Assembly: GCA_963764625.1 (NCBI GenBank)
Contig: CAVXTH010000005.1
Coordinates: 64,001 to 128,000 of the forward strand
Length of the DNA stretch: 64,000 bases
Source of the DNA: Candidatus Krumholzibacteriota bacterium
Lineage (GTDB): Bacteria > Krumholzibacteriota > Krumholzibacteriia > JAJRXK01
Reading direction: 5' to 3'
Within the stretch, counting starts at the first letter, position 1. Each line of letters starts with the position of its first letter. The notes beneath the pieces are model-generated. The model did no database searches. It saw only the letters and a program-made list of their open reading frames with translations, and was not told the origin of the DNA. Below are positions 47,800 through 58,048 of the stretch, one piece after another. The position numbers and the translations under genes were made by a program.

Positions 47800-48780
47800 T
47801 CACTCCCTGCGATCGCGCCAGTCATTCAGGCGCGGGGGAAGCTCTTCGAGGAGCCCAAGGTAGCGTCGGTAGCGGCCGCCATCCAGCGCGCCGCTCTTGA
47901 CCGCCGCGCGCACCGCGCAGTCCGGTTCGTGGTCGTGCAGACAGTCGCGAAAGTGGCATTCGCCGCGGTAGGGGCCGAACTCGACGAAACAGGGCGCGAG
48001 ATCGGGCCGCGCCATCCCCCACAATCCGAATTCGCGCATCCCCGGGGTGTCCGCCAGATAGCCGCCACCGTCCAGGGGAAAGAGACGGCTGCTGGAGGTG
48101 GTGTGACGGCCCTGGCCGCTCTTCTCCCCCACGCTCGAGGTTTTCAAATCGAGTCCCTTCTGCAGGGCCGAGATGAGGCTCGACTTTCCCACCCCGGAGA
48201 GCCCCACGAAAGCGCCCACCCCGCGCGATAGGGCCTCTCGGAGCTCCCCGATCCCCAGTCCGTTCAGGGCGCAGCAGAGGTGGACCGGATAGCCCAGGGA
48301 CTCATAGAGGCTGCGCAGCGGACTTGGATCCTCGGCCTCTGGCAGATCCGCCTTGTTCAAGACCAGGCCCGAGGCGACCCCCTGATGCTCAGCCGCGGCC
48401 AGGATGCGATCCACGAACATGAGATTCAGGGGAGGCCGGACCAGGGAAGCGATGATCCAGAGCCGGTCCAGGTTGGCGATGACGACCTGCTCCTGCGAGC
48501 GGCGACGTCCTCCACTGGGAGCGGGGCGCGAGATCTGGTTGCGGCGGGGCAGGATCTCCTGGATGACTCCAGCTTGGCCGCTCGTCGAGGCCTCCTCCTT
48601 GAAGCGAACGCGGTCGCCGATGACCGCCACGCGCACCTGCACCTGACGGCCATGCCGCAGGCGACCGGCGATGGCGCAGGCCCAGATTTCCGCGCCGTCG
48701 CTTTCTTGCGCCTGCACCAGATAGCGGTTGGCGCCGTGCTGGATGACGAGGCCCTCGATCTCACACCCCCGCGGGCCCAC
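47800..48780 (-). CDS. rsgA: Ribosome small subunit-dependent GTPase A
   Basis: IGDRV, LNKAD, GLSGVGKSS, GRHTT, DTPGMRE, C.FRDC.H..EPDC; start approximate. Confidence 0.93.
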   Translation of the reverse strand: MGPRGCEIEGLVIQHGANRYLVQAQESDGAEIWACAIAGRLRHGRQVQVRVAVIGDRVRFKEEASTSGQAGVIQEILPRRNQISRPAPSGGRRRSQEQVVIANLDRLWIIASLVRPPLNLMFVDRILAAAEHQGVASGLVLNKADLPEAEDPSPLRSLYESLGYPVHLCCALNGLGIGELREALSRGVGAFVGLSGVGKSSLISALQKGLDLKTSSVGEKSGQGRHTTSSSRLFPLDGGGYLADTPGMREFGLWGMARPDLAPCFVEFGPYRGECHFRDCLHDHEPDCAVRAAVKSGALDGGRYRRYLGLLEELPPRLNDWRDRRE

Positions 48781-48955
48781 GCGCCGGCGATACCCCGTGA
48801 TGGGCCCATGCTGAAGACTTGATAGACTCGAACGAGGGAACAACAGTTCCCTGGCCTTGTCTAGCCCACTCCCTTTTGCTACTGTTTCAGCATCTTCTAG
48901 AAAAATCCTCTTTTCCCGCCGGGCTCCGTCTTCGCGACTTTCCCTGGCCCCACCG

Positions 48956-49417
48956 ATGAACGTCGAACAATTGATGCAGCATGTCGACCCCGCCCTCTGG
49001 ATTGGCAATTTCTCCTCACGCAGCAAAGACGAAGCGCTCCAAAAACTGACGGAAGTTCTCGTTTCGTCCGGAAAAGTCAAGAATGGCGCGGTCATTCTCG
49101 AAATGCTGCGCAATCGCGAGGCCCTGGGAAGCACCGCCGTCGGTAGCGGCGTGGCCTTTCCCCATGGCCGCTCGGTGGCCATCTCGGATCTGATCATCCT
49201 GGTCGCGCGCAGCACCAAGGGAATTGATTTCGACAGCATCGACGGCGAGAAGACCCGACTCTTCTTCCTCCTCTTGGCTCCTCCTCAGGACCGCGGGAAT
49301 GCCTACCTCCAGGCCTTGGGGGTGATCACCGGGCTCGTCCAACGGGACGACGTTCGGGAGAAGCTGCTGAACGCCACGAATTTCGACGCCATGATGACCG
49401 TGTTGAAGGAGGCCTGA
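48956..49417 (+). CDS. PTS EIIA (fructose/Ntr-type) domain protein
   Basis: REALGSTAVGSGVAFPHGR phospho-His motif; F.SIDG...LFFLL. Confidence 0.9.
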   Translation: MNVEQLMQHVDPALWIGNFSSRSKDEALQKLTEVLVSSGKVKNGAVILEMLRNREALGSTAVGSGVAFPHGRSVAISDLIILVARSTKGIDFDSIDGEKTRLFFLLLAPPQDRGNAYLQALGVITGLVQRDDVREKLLNATNFDAMMTVLKEA

Positions 49418-49420
49418 GGC

Positions 49421-49771
49421 TTGAGCCCCACGAACAATGTCCAGCTTCTCGTCGCCCTCCAAGATCTCGACCAAATGATCCGCGAAGCCGAAGACACCAA
49501 GAAGCGAGAAGCTCTGGAGAAGATGGGGTTTCCCGTGAGTGGGGTCGACGAGCTGCGCAAGGCCCACTCGAAGCTGGAAGCAAAGCTCCCGCCGCAGTTG
49601 GTGCGCCGCTACAAGCGCATCAAGGATCGCACCGGACGGGCCGTGGTGCCCGTGGTGGACAGCACCTGCACCGGTTGCTTCACGAACGTACCCTCGATCT
49701 TCACCAGCGCGGTCAACGAGAACAAAATCATGTTCTGCGAGACCTGCGGACGGATGCTCTTCTGGCCCTAG
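49421..49771 (+). CDS. Short C4-type zinc-ribbon protein (DUF164-like)
   Basis: LVALQDLD, AVVPV...CTGC...CETCGRML; long coiled coil absent. Confidence 0.82.
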   Translation: MSPTNNVQLLVALQDLDQMIREAEDTKKREALEKMGFPVSGVDELRKAHSKLEAKLPPQLVRRYKRIKDRTGRAVVPVVDSTCTGCFTNVPSIFTSAVNENKIMFCETCGRMLFWP

Positions 49772-49925
49772 GAAGCCCGGGCCTTCCTCTTTCCTCCCTG
49801 GCGGCTTCGGACCGGTCACCACGGCCAGAATCCGACCATGAGGGCCCGAGGAAGGCGGCGAAGGCTATGAGCATATCTCCTTTGTTTCCAGTGAGTTTCA
49901 TGTCCATCCGCGCTCGCCCGGGGGC

Positions 49926-49941
49926 GGGCACTCCCGTTGCA
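49926..49941 (+). promoter_or_regulatory. Sigma54 (-24/-12) promoter motif
   Basis: GGGCACTCCCGTTGCA: GG-N10-GC with CAC and TTGCA; about 100 nt upstream of the bactofilin ATG. Confidence 0.55.
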
Positions 49942-50039
49942 CCGGGTCGGGGCAGGGGGAGGTTTCTGGAACATCTTCCCTTTTCGCAACGGAACCCGAG
50001 CCCCGTGCCCCGAGGCGGGCACGCGACACTGGAGGAAGC

Positions 50040-50567
50040 ATGTTCGGAGGCAAGGAAAAGTCGCAGGATTTCAGTGGAATTCCCCCGACCCCGACCACCC
50101 CGACGGTGAACCCGAGCCCGAAGGCCAAGAACCAGAACAAGGATCAGATCACGGCCTATTTGGGACCCGACGTTCACATCGAGGGAAAATTGCGGTTTGA
50201 GAACGCGGTTCTCATCGAGGGCACCTTCAACGGTGAGATCGAGAGCGAAGGGAATCTGATCATCGGAGAGAACGCCGAGGTCGACGCGAAGATCACCACG
50301 AGGACCATCGCCATCAAGGGAAAGCTCAAGGGAAGCATCCACGCCTCGGAGAGGGTGGAGCTCCAGGGCCATGGCCAGCTCCAAGGCGATATCGTCACCC
50401 CTTCGTTGCAGATGGACGAGACGGTGTTCTTCCAGGGATCATGCTCGATGCCCTCGGGGTCGAGCACGCAGCACCAGTCGAGGCCGGCGGAGACCGCCAG
50501 CCACTCGACTCCGAAGCGGGAGACCGTGGACGAGATCGTGGATGCGGTGGGATCGAACAAGAACTGA
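50040..50567 (+). CDS. Bactofilin (polymer-forming cytoskeletal protein)
   Basis: TAYLGPDVHIEGKL...IEGTFNGEI...LQGDI.TPSL....VFFQGSC beta-helix pattern; GGAGG RBS. Confidence 0.92.
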   Translation: MFGGKEKSQDFSGIPPTPTTPTVNPSPKAKNQNKDQITAYLGPDVHIEGKLRFENAVLIEGTFNGEIESEGNLIIGENAEVDAKITTRTIAIKGKLKGSIHASERVELQGHGQLQGDIVTPSLQMDETVFFQGSCSMPSGSSTQHQSRPAETASHSTPKRETVDEIVDAVGSNKN

Positions 50568-50603
50568 GGACTTTGGGCCGCGGCGATCGGCCTGAAGAAG
50601 CGA

Positions 50604-50640
50604 AGGCCGGGTCCCGAAAGGGATCCCGGCCTCTTTCTTT
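50604..50640 (+). terminator. Rho-independent terminator
   Basis: aggccggg-tccc-gaaa-gggat-cccggcct followed by ctttcttt, between convergent genes. Confidence 0.8.
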
Positions 50641-50673
50641 AGCTCTCCTGGAGGGGCGGATAGGGCGCGTGCC

Positions 50674-52023
50674 CTAGAGGTCGCCGGGAAGGCTGTTGCT
50701 CTCGCTAAGAGTCAGGCCCCGCGCGAGCACATCATCCACCTCTTCCACAATCCGGTTGGCCTCGCCGCCGTCGTCGATCCCGTCCAGGTCGCGGCTCTTG
50801 TCCTTCTCGACGCTCTGGCGCTCGAAGGCCGCGATTTCTTCGGCCGTCATCACTCCCGACTCCTTCTCGAACACGAACTCGTCGATGTAATCGACCGTGA
50901 TGAGGTCTCCGCGCACGACTTGGCCGCTCGAGATGAGGTGGCCGATGGGAGTCACGAGCTTGCTCTCGACCGCTCTCCGCAAAGGGCGCGCTCCGAAGCG
51001 CGGATCGTGACCTTCCTCCACCAAGCGCTCCTTCACCTTGGCGCTGACGCGCAGGAGAAAGGGCTCGGTGCAGCCGATGCTGCGGATGTGAATGTCGGCG
51101 ATGAGATTGTCGAGAATCTGGTAGAGATGGGATTCCTTCAGAGTGTCGTAGGTGATCAGCTCGTCGAAGCGGTTGAGGAACTCGAAGGGGAATGTCTTGC
51201 GGGCCTCGTGCAACGCGGCCTCGTGAACGTCTCGGTCCAGCCTCTCCTCGTCGCTGCCGTCGTAGAAGCCGATGTCCTGATGGGAGAGATGTTTGCCCAT
51301 GGCTTCGCTGCCCACGTTGGTCGTGAGCACGATGATGCTCCGGCGGAAATCGACCTCTTCGTTGTTCCCCAGGACCAGGGTTCCGTCCTCGAGAATCCCC
51401 AAGAGCATGCTCCAGAGTTTGGGATGGGCCTTCTCGATCTCGTCGAAGAGAACGAGCGAGAGCCCTCCCTCGTCGTCCTGCAGATGGGAGCCGCCCAGGC
51501 TTTCCTGGAACAGACCCAGACCTTCCTCCAGCGCCTTCTTGTGGTGTCGACCGAGGTTCTCCTTGCAGAGCAGGGGTTTGATCTCACCCCCGACGTAGCC
51601 CGGAGGACTCCCCAGGAGCTTGGAGAGGTTGTAGTGGGCGGAGTACTCCTGACAGTTCACCCGGGTGAAGGCCTTGCGGCTGCCGAACAGGGCCTCGGCC
51701 AGACAGCGAACCGTCTCGGTCTTACCCACTCCGGTCGGGCCCAAGAGCATCATGGTGAGGATTGGACTCTCCGGATCGTGAATTCCCGCCAGCAGACGCG
51801 AGAAAGAGTTGGTGACGGTTTCCAGCGCGCGTGGCTGGCCGACCACCATCTTCTGCATGAGGTCGTGGAACCGGGCGAGTTGGGGATTGCGCTGGCTCGG
51901 ATCGAGCCGGACGCGGTCGTGAACAACGGGGCAGCGTGCCGGTTGGGCCAAGGGAATCTCCTCCAAAAGGGCGGTCGAGCCGCAGTCGCTGCTTCCTCGC
52001 CCCCCCGGCGCACGAAGCGACAC
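50674..52023 (-). CDS. Stand-alone ClpA/B/C second-AAA-domain (D2) ATPase
   Basis: VVGQ..A, GPTGVGKTE, LLGSPPGYVG, LVLFDEIEKAH, EFLNRFD, FGARPLRRAV; no N-domain or NBD1. Confidence 0.85.
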   Translation of the reverse strand: MSLRAPGGRGSSDCGSTALLEEIPLAQPARCPVVHDRVRLDPSQRNPQLARFHDLMQKMVVGQPRALETVTNSFSRLLAGIHDPESPILTMMLLGPTGVGKTETVRCLAEALFGSRKAFTRVNCQEYSAHYNLSKLLGSPPGYVGGEIKPLLCKENLGRHHKKALEEGLGLFQESLGGSHLQDDEGGLSLVLFDEIEKAHPKLWSMLLGILEDGTLVLGNNEEVDFRRSIIVLTTNVGSEAMGKHLSHQDIGFYDGSDEERLDRDVHEAALHEARKTFPFEFLNRFDELITYDTLKESHLYQILDNLIADIHIRSIGCTEPFLLRVSAKVKERLVEEGHDPRFGARPLRRAVESKLVTPIGHLISSGQVVRGDLITVDYIDEFVFEKESGVMTAEEIAAFERQSVEKDKSRDLDGIDDGGEANRIVEEVDDVLARGLTLSESNSLPGDL

Positions 52024-52351
52024 TCTAGGTACTCCAAGGACATGCAGGATAAAGACCGGAAGCGACTACCCGCGCCCTGCCCCTGCGCCACCCTGTCCAC
52101 CCTCGGAGAATCGCGCCATAGAAGGCGAGGAAGGGCTCGCCTCCACGAGGAATCATGAGGACGGCAAAACCCCCAGACCACCGCGAGCTAGGGCCGTAGG
52201 GTACGAAACGAGGGGGCAAAATCGGGGTGTTTTCTTCAGTGTCCCCCTCGCGATCCGCGGCCTGGAGGCTTGCAAAAGGAAAGGGAGTCTCGCATCGCGG
52301 CAAGACTCCCCTGGTGAGAATTCAGCCTGGTGGTAGGTGGTTCGAAGGCCC

Positions 52352-54031
52352 CTATTGCAGGTCCAGATCCTGGAGATACGAAGCGCGGGTTCCCCCCACA
52401 TCCTCCTTGAAACGATCGTCCGAATGAGGGGACACCGGCGAGTGGGCCTTGATGTAGTCTGACAGGGCCTCGCGGGTGAGCATGCCGGTGTAGTTGACCT
52501 TGTCGGGGGGGATCTCGGCCAAGAAGTCCAGGCCGCTGTTTCCCTCCATCAGGAAGTCGCTGGTGATGACCTTGTATTCCTTCCCCGGCACGACGGGAGT
52601 GCCATCGACCAGAGTGAGTTGGAGCACTCGCTTGCCGAGGGGCGCATCCGGATCGACCACTGCCTTCACTCCGCTGTAGGCGATCCCGCTGCTGTTCCGA
52701 CCCGTCTTGCGCTCGAAGATGCGGCGGATCATCGAGCCGTCCATCTGTACCGTAGCCAGGGCGTTCCCGAAGGGAAGCACGCGCATCAGGTCTCCCTCCG
52801 TAATGCGGCCCACGGAGAGATCCGAGCGCAGCCCTCCCAGGTTCGTGAAGGAGAAATCGCCGTCCTGGGCCTCGAGCATGGCCGAGGTCACGAGGATCCC
52901 CATTCGCGAGAGCGGACCACCGTTGCGCGAGAGCTCCACCGCCGAGCGGCCCACCGTCTTGTCCAGACCCTTGCGGGCGTCCGCCACGTAGGGAGCCAAA
53001 TCGTCCGCCATTTCGGGGTCCGGCCAGTACTGATCCTCGAAGAGCGTAATGAGAGTTCCGTCGCGGCGCGGGCTCTCGTACCCCATGAGCTGCTTGGTCG
53101 CGCGGTCGATGAGGAGCACCACGTGTCCGATGGAGGAGCCGTTCCCGAAGGTCTCGAAGACCATCGCCTGCGTCACCGGATCGATCCACGGCTTGCGGTA
53201 TCCACGGTGAGTGTGACCGCCGATGATGACGGGGACTCCCGTGACCACGTGTGCGATGGCCATGTCACCCTCTGCATCGTGCTCGAGATCGTCGCCGGCC
53301 TTCACCCTCTTCTCGAGCTGTTTCCAACCGGTGTCGGGATCGTACGGCAAGCCCTCGTGGATGAGTGCGAAGACCATGTCGACGTGTTCCTTGTTCACCA
53401 GAATGTCACGGTACTTTTCGAGCGCGGGAGGAATAGGGCGGAAATCCAGACCCTTCACGTTCTCATCGAAGGCCATCGATTTGGTGGCGGGAGTGATGGC
53501 GCCGATGATCCCGATCTTGAGGCCGGCCTTCTCCACCACGCGATACGGCACCACCCAGTCGACGAGCTCGTCCGTACCCTCCTTGTAGATGTTGGCGCAG
53601 ACGAACTTCTGATTCATCGCGGCAGACATGCGAATGGGAACGTCCTTGCCCTTGTCGAATTCATGGTTCCCCACCGTGACCGCGTCGTAGTGCATGGTGT
53701 TGAAGTAGGTCTCCATGACCTTGCCCTTGCTCAGAGTTCCCACCGGAGCTCCCTGCCAGGTGTCACCCGCGTCGACCAACAGAACGGCCTGGTTGGGATC
53801 GTGGCTGGCTTCCGCCCTCACTTTCTGTACGTAGGCCGCCGCCGCCGCGCCACCGCCCAGAGGAGGCGGAAAATCGGGGCTCATGAAGCGCGCCGCCTCG
53901 GGCCCGACGTGACCGTGGATGTCGTTCGTCCACAACAGATTCAGACGGATCATCCCGTCGTTCTCGGCCCGCGCGACCGGCGCGAGAAGAGAGCAAAGGG
54001 CGAGGATGAGAAAAAGCGTTTTGGCTCGCAT
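52352..54031 (-). CDS. Secreted 5'-nucleotidase/bifunctional metallophosphoesterase (UshA family)
   Basis: Signal peptide; intact TNDIHG, DAGD, GNHEFD, GGHTH; C-terminal N.GGLR..L, LPFGN. Confidence 0.92.
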   Translation of the reverse strand: MRAKTLFLILALCSLLAPVARAENDGMIRLNLLWTNDIHGHVGPEAARFMSPDFPPPLGGGAAAAAYVQKVRAEASHDPNQAVLLVDAGDTWQGAPVGTLSKGKVMETYFNTMHYDAVTVGNHEFDKGKDVPIRMSAAMNQKFVCANIYKEGTDELVDWVVPYRVVEKAGLKIGIIGAITPATKSMAFDENVKGLDFRPIPPALEKYRDILVNKEHVDMVFALIHEGLPYDPDTGWKQLEKRVKAGDDLEHDAEGDMAIAHVVTGVPVIIGGHTHRGYRKPWIDPVTQAMVFETFGNGSSIGHVVLLIDRATKQLMGYESPRRDGTLITLFEDQYWPDPEMADDLAPYVADARKGLDKTVGRSAVELSRNGGPLSRMGILVTSAMLEAQDGDFSFTNLGGLRSDLSVGRITEGDLMRVLPFGNALATVQMDGSMIRRIFERKTGRNSSGIAYSGVKAVVDPDAPLGKRVLQLTLVDGTPVVPGKEYKVITSDFLMEGNSGLDFLAEIPPDKVNYTGMLTREALSDYIKAHSPVSPHSDDRFKEDVGGTRASYLQDLDLQ

Positions 54032-54096
54032 GACTTACTCCTGGGGGTGTCCACTGATCATGGGCTTCGTCTGTTCTGTCCCACAAGATAGTAAAG

Positions 54097-55469
54097 CTAG
54101 AAGCTCCGCGAGACCCCCAAGAGAAGGGTCACCATCCCGTCTTCCACTTTCGAGAGGCTCGTCGGCGCCGCGTCGTCCGGGCGATCGGTCCACTGGTAGG
54201 GTTCGATCGAAAATGAAGGCCTGCCGGGAGGTTTGCCGGTGATACTGGAGCGTCACGTCGATCTGGTAATCCGCGGCCTTGTAACCAACTCCGCCGGAGA
54301 AGATCGACCGATTCGACTCGGGATCGGCGTAGTTCTCCAGATAACGGAATCCGAAGCGGGCCGGCACGTTGTTGTAGAAGACGTGTTCCAGACCAAAGCG
54401 CACGTCCCAGGTGTTCGCGGAGGGAACGCTCTGCGAAATGAAGGCCGCGGTCCGATAGCTGTCCGCGGCGATGCCTTCCCAGAAACGGCGCACCACGTCC
54501 ACCGAAAACACGGTGGCCAGTTCATTGCGGGGGCGATAGGTGAGACCGGCGCGGAGCGTGCCGGGGTACTTGATCTTCACGTCCTCACCGCCCACCGGCA
54601 TGACAACCATGCTCTGGTCGTAGGGCATCCACGACTCCGACCGTCGAATCGAATCGAGAGGTGATCGCTCCCTCCACCGTGAACGGCGCCTCGAAACTGG
54701 CACCGAGATCCAACCGCTCGTTCACCGTCCCCGAGGCCCCCACCGTGATTCCCCAGCCCGAGAGCTCGTGCTCGAACGCGGCCGAGCCCGGATCGCTGAG
54801 GAAATTACTCTGATAGATGGGGGTGGTGAGCGTGTTGGCCCGGTGCTTCAGCTTACCGAAATAGCGGTGGACGGTGAGCCCCAGGCGAAGCCGTGGCACG
54901 AGCTCCATGCCGTAGCCCACCGAGATGGAGCGCAGATGCCCTTCGATCTTATAGTCCCGCAGTTGAATCACCGCGTCGCGCGTATCGACGTAAGGTGAAG
55001 GATCACGGATCTCTTCGGAATAGTCGTAGTTGAAGCTGTAGCGGTCGAAGATCCCGATTCCCAGGGTCATGTTTCTCTCCGGCGAGAGCCGGTAGATGGC
55101 CCCTCCCTGTCCGAGACCGTAGCTGTTGCGATTGCTGGCCACGGTGGTGTCGGTGAGGTAGGAGTTGAAGGAGTCGAAGAGCGGTTGGAACCGGTCTTCG
55201 TTGGCCTGCAAGATGCCACCGTTGACTTCGAGCAAAAGGCGGCCGTCCATCTGCGAGAGCATCGCCGGGTTCGCCACCAGACTGGCGCTGCCCAGGTAAA
55301 GTGCTGCGCCCACCGAACCCATGGCTGCCGCCCGCGGTGTGGTGGCCGCGAAAGGCGTTCCAAATGCCGCGTCCAGCGTGGTGAATGCCACCGCCGGATG
55401 AACTGCCGCTACTTGCACCAGTAGAACCAGTGCTAGGACAAGTAGGCTTCTGCGAATCGTGCCACGCAT
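54097..55469 (-). CDS. FadL/PorV-like outer-membrane beta-barrel (two frameshifts)
   Basis: Signal peptide, PRAAAMG...NPAML N-terminal motif, alternating beta strands; frame changes near 54630 and 54185 give the C-terminus KVEDGMVTLLLGVSRSF-stop (54097-54099). Confidence 0.72.
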
Positions 55470-55479
55470 GGGATACTCC

Positions 55480-58047
55480 CTAGAAGTTATAGTCGAGCTG
55501 GAGACGGAAGGCCGTGATTTCACGTTAGTCGCCCGCGCAGAAGTCGCTGGGGACGGAATTGGCGTATTGGCGAAGTTCCAGATTGTCCCGCGTCCGCTGC
55601 CGGTCGTGCGTCATTTTGAATCGTACGAGCATGCTGTCCGATAGCCGACTCTGCACGAGGAACCAGCTGCGAATACCCTGGCCATCGACCGCGATGAACT
55701 CGTTGTCCTCGAAGTTCCACAGAAAGCCGTCGTAGAGCTCCGTGCTCAAAGTGAACTGGAGGCGATCGTTGACATTGTGAACCAGCATGCCCTGGATGGC
55801 CTGACTGGGGCTGGCGGCTTGAGCCAGAGGAGTGAAATTGCTGCCATCGGGAACGGCCGGGCCGCTCAGGCGCGGACGCGGCGCGAAACTGTGTTGGTGT
55901 TGCTGTAGAGCAGGCGCAGTTCGTCGTAGGCCGTCAGGCGCCCGCGGACCTCGAAGCGTGAATCCCAGCTCTTGAAGCGCCGATTGTCGAAGAGTTCTTC
56001 AGAGGCGCGATCGCTGTAGCGCTGTCGCACGCGGAACCGTACTGGCCACACCGGTGCATACTCCACGCGAAGCGTGTAGCGGCGCTGGCTCTGGCTATCC
56101 GCCTTGCGCACCCACTGGTCGAATTCCAGACCGGAAATGGTGATCTGCCGGCTGATGCGGTAGCGCGTCTGCAGGAAGATGCCACGTTCGGCCTTGGTCT
56201 GTGGGCTGCTCGTCTCGAGCCAGGAATAGAGCGGAGAATTCAGGCGGAACGGATCGGAGAGCAGGGTCTGTCCGTAACGGTTGTCCTCGCCGAACGGCCG
56301 CGCGTAGGGATTGTCGAAGCCCACGTCGTAATCGCGGTAGAGGGCAAAGAGACTCAAGTTTTCGAACTGCGTATAGCCGGTGAACACCATGGCGTCCGGA
56401 GCATTGGAAAGGATGCCGCCATTGGGGTTCGAATCGAGTTTCGCGTATTCCCCCTGGAGAGCCACGTTGTCCACTACGGTCTGGAACTCGGCTCCCACCA
56501 CGCGGCGGAACTTGCCCAGTTGCATGGAGTCGTAGGCATTGAACAGTTCGGAATCCCTGCCGTCCAAGAGATCGGTCCGCGCCACCAGAGTGTTGACATT
56601 GGGATCCCAGGGGAGGTTGTGGTGCGCCTCGTAGCCGGAGAGACCGACGAAAGTGCCGGGCATGATCTCGTAGCGCAACAGGCCGCCGTAGAGCGTTTCA
56701 TCGAATGCACCGCGGCGAATGCCGCTTCCCATCTGCTCGTACTCGTCGTTCTCGAAGCGCGGACTCCCCACGATGTACTTGTTGATGCTCACCGCATCGC
56801 CGTTGGCATCGAAGTTCAGAATCCCGTCCTTCTTGGATCGCTGACGAAACCCAGGAACTGGAAATTGCCCAGCGAAGCCTCGGCCGCGGCTCCTCTGAGA
56901 GCGAACTCGTAGGAACGACTCATGTCCCCCAGGAGTCCCTGCGGGCGCTTGTTGAAGCCCGTCTCCAGTTTTGCGGGCTCAGACAGTAGTCGGTGTTATC
57001 CATGACCAAGCCCTGGCCGAACGCGACCCGAAAATTCCCCAGCACCACTTTGTCGAGCTGGAATCTCTCGGCGTTCTGGTTGCGCCACTCCAGGAAGTAC
57101 TTGGCGGTCTCCGCCAGATTGCGTTCACCCACGTCGCGGAAGGTGCTCACTCCCGCCTTCCACTGCAGCCCCATCCGCAGCCTCAGCTTGGTCAAAACCG
57201 CCGGGTTGGGGCTGTCCAGATGTTTGATCCCATAGGGAGTCTCCTGGTCGAAGATCGGATTCTGGGCGAGGGCATCCGCGGGATGAAAGGTCTCCGTCAG
57301 CACGTCCTTATCATTCAGCAGATAGGGCGTATTGAAGGTCTGAAGCTGCATGCTGCCGTGGAGCTTCAGGTCCGATTCCGGTGGCTCATAGACCACGTAA
57401 TCGCGGAGATTCCGGAACGCCCAGTAGTTCAATCCGTCTACGCTTCTCAATTGGCGCTCGCCTTGGATTTCCCCAGAACGCTCGCGCGCCTTGATGATGG
57501 CGGTCGCGTCCACCGGGGAGACGTTCTGATAACTCTGCAGATCGTAGAGCGAGAGATCGTTGATGTTGCGCGGCTCGAGCAACTGATCACGATACTCGTC
57601 CGCCAACTCTTCACTCGCCCCTTCCTGGCTCAAGAACCGTTGCAGTTGCCGGAACGATTCGTCGTAGCGACGCACCCAATCTTCCTGGGTCTTGGGCGGC
57701 ATCGTCGCGACGAGTGGCAACAGTTCCTTGATCATGGCCGGCGTGACGCCTTCGACGTGTCGCAAGTCGTAGATCGAGGAGAAATAGCTGCGGTAGGTGC
57801 GGTACTCGTAGATGGCGTCGGCTACCTCGGCGGGAATCGGCAGCTTCTTCAGCTGCTCCCGGGTCGCCCGGTTGAGGTCGAGCTTTCCCTGACTCAACGA
57901 TTCGTCGGTCTGGATTTTGCTGGCCTCGATGGCTTCCCGCCGCGAGTCACCCTGTTCGTACTGGGCATGAGAACTCGCCACGGGCAGCAGGCAAAACGCC
58001 GCCGCCAGGAGGAGTCCGCGCCGGATGCTCTTGCGCGGAGCGTTCAC
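55480..58047 (-). CDS. Outer-membrane protein with two ComEA-like helix-hairpin-helix domains (multiple frameshifts)
   Basis: Signal peptide; KLDLNRATREQL..LP...ADAI.EYR and a second HhH RNINDLS..DL; GNFRVAFGQGLVM; fragments 56920..58047, 55866..56792 and 55525..55788 join by frame changes; ends FRLQLDYNF-stop at 55480. Confidence 0.72.
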
Positions 58048-58048
58048 G

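Noticed and set aside
52300-52352. GGTTCGAA T-loop-like sequence suggesting a tRNA (e.g. tRNA-Sec)
   Set aside because: No cloverleaf, acceptor stem or CCA end could be built
55866-56922. TGA stops at 55866 and 56920 as further selenocysteine codons
   Set aside because: The protein continues in a different frame before each TGA, so these are frameshift artefacts; no Cys-type motif context
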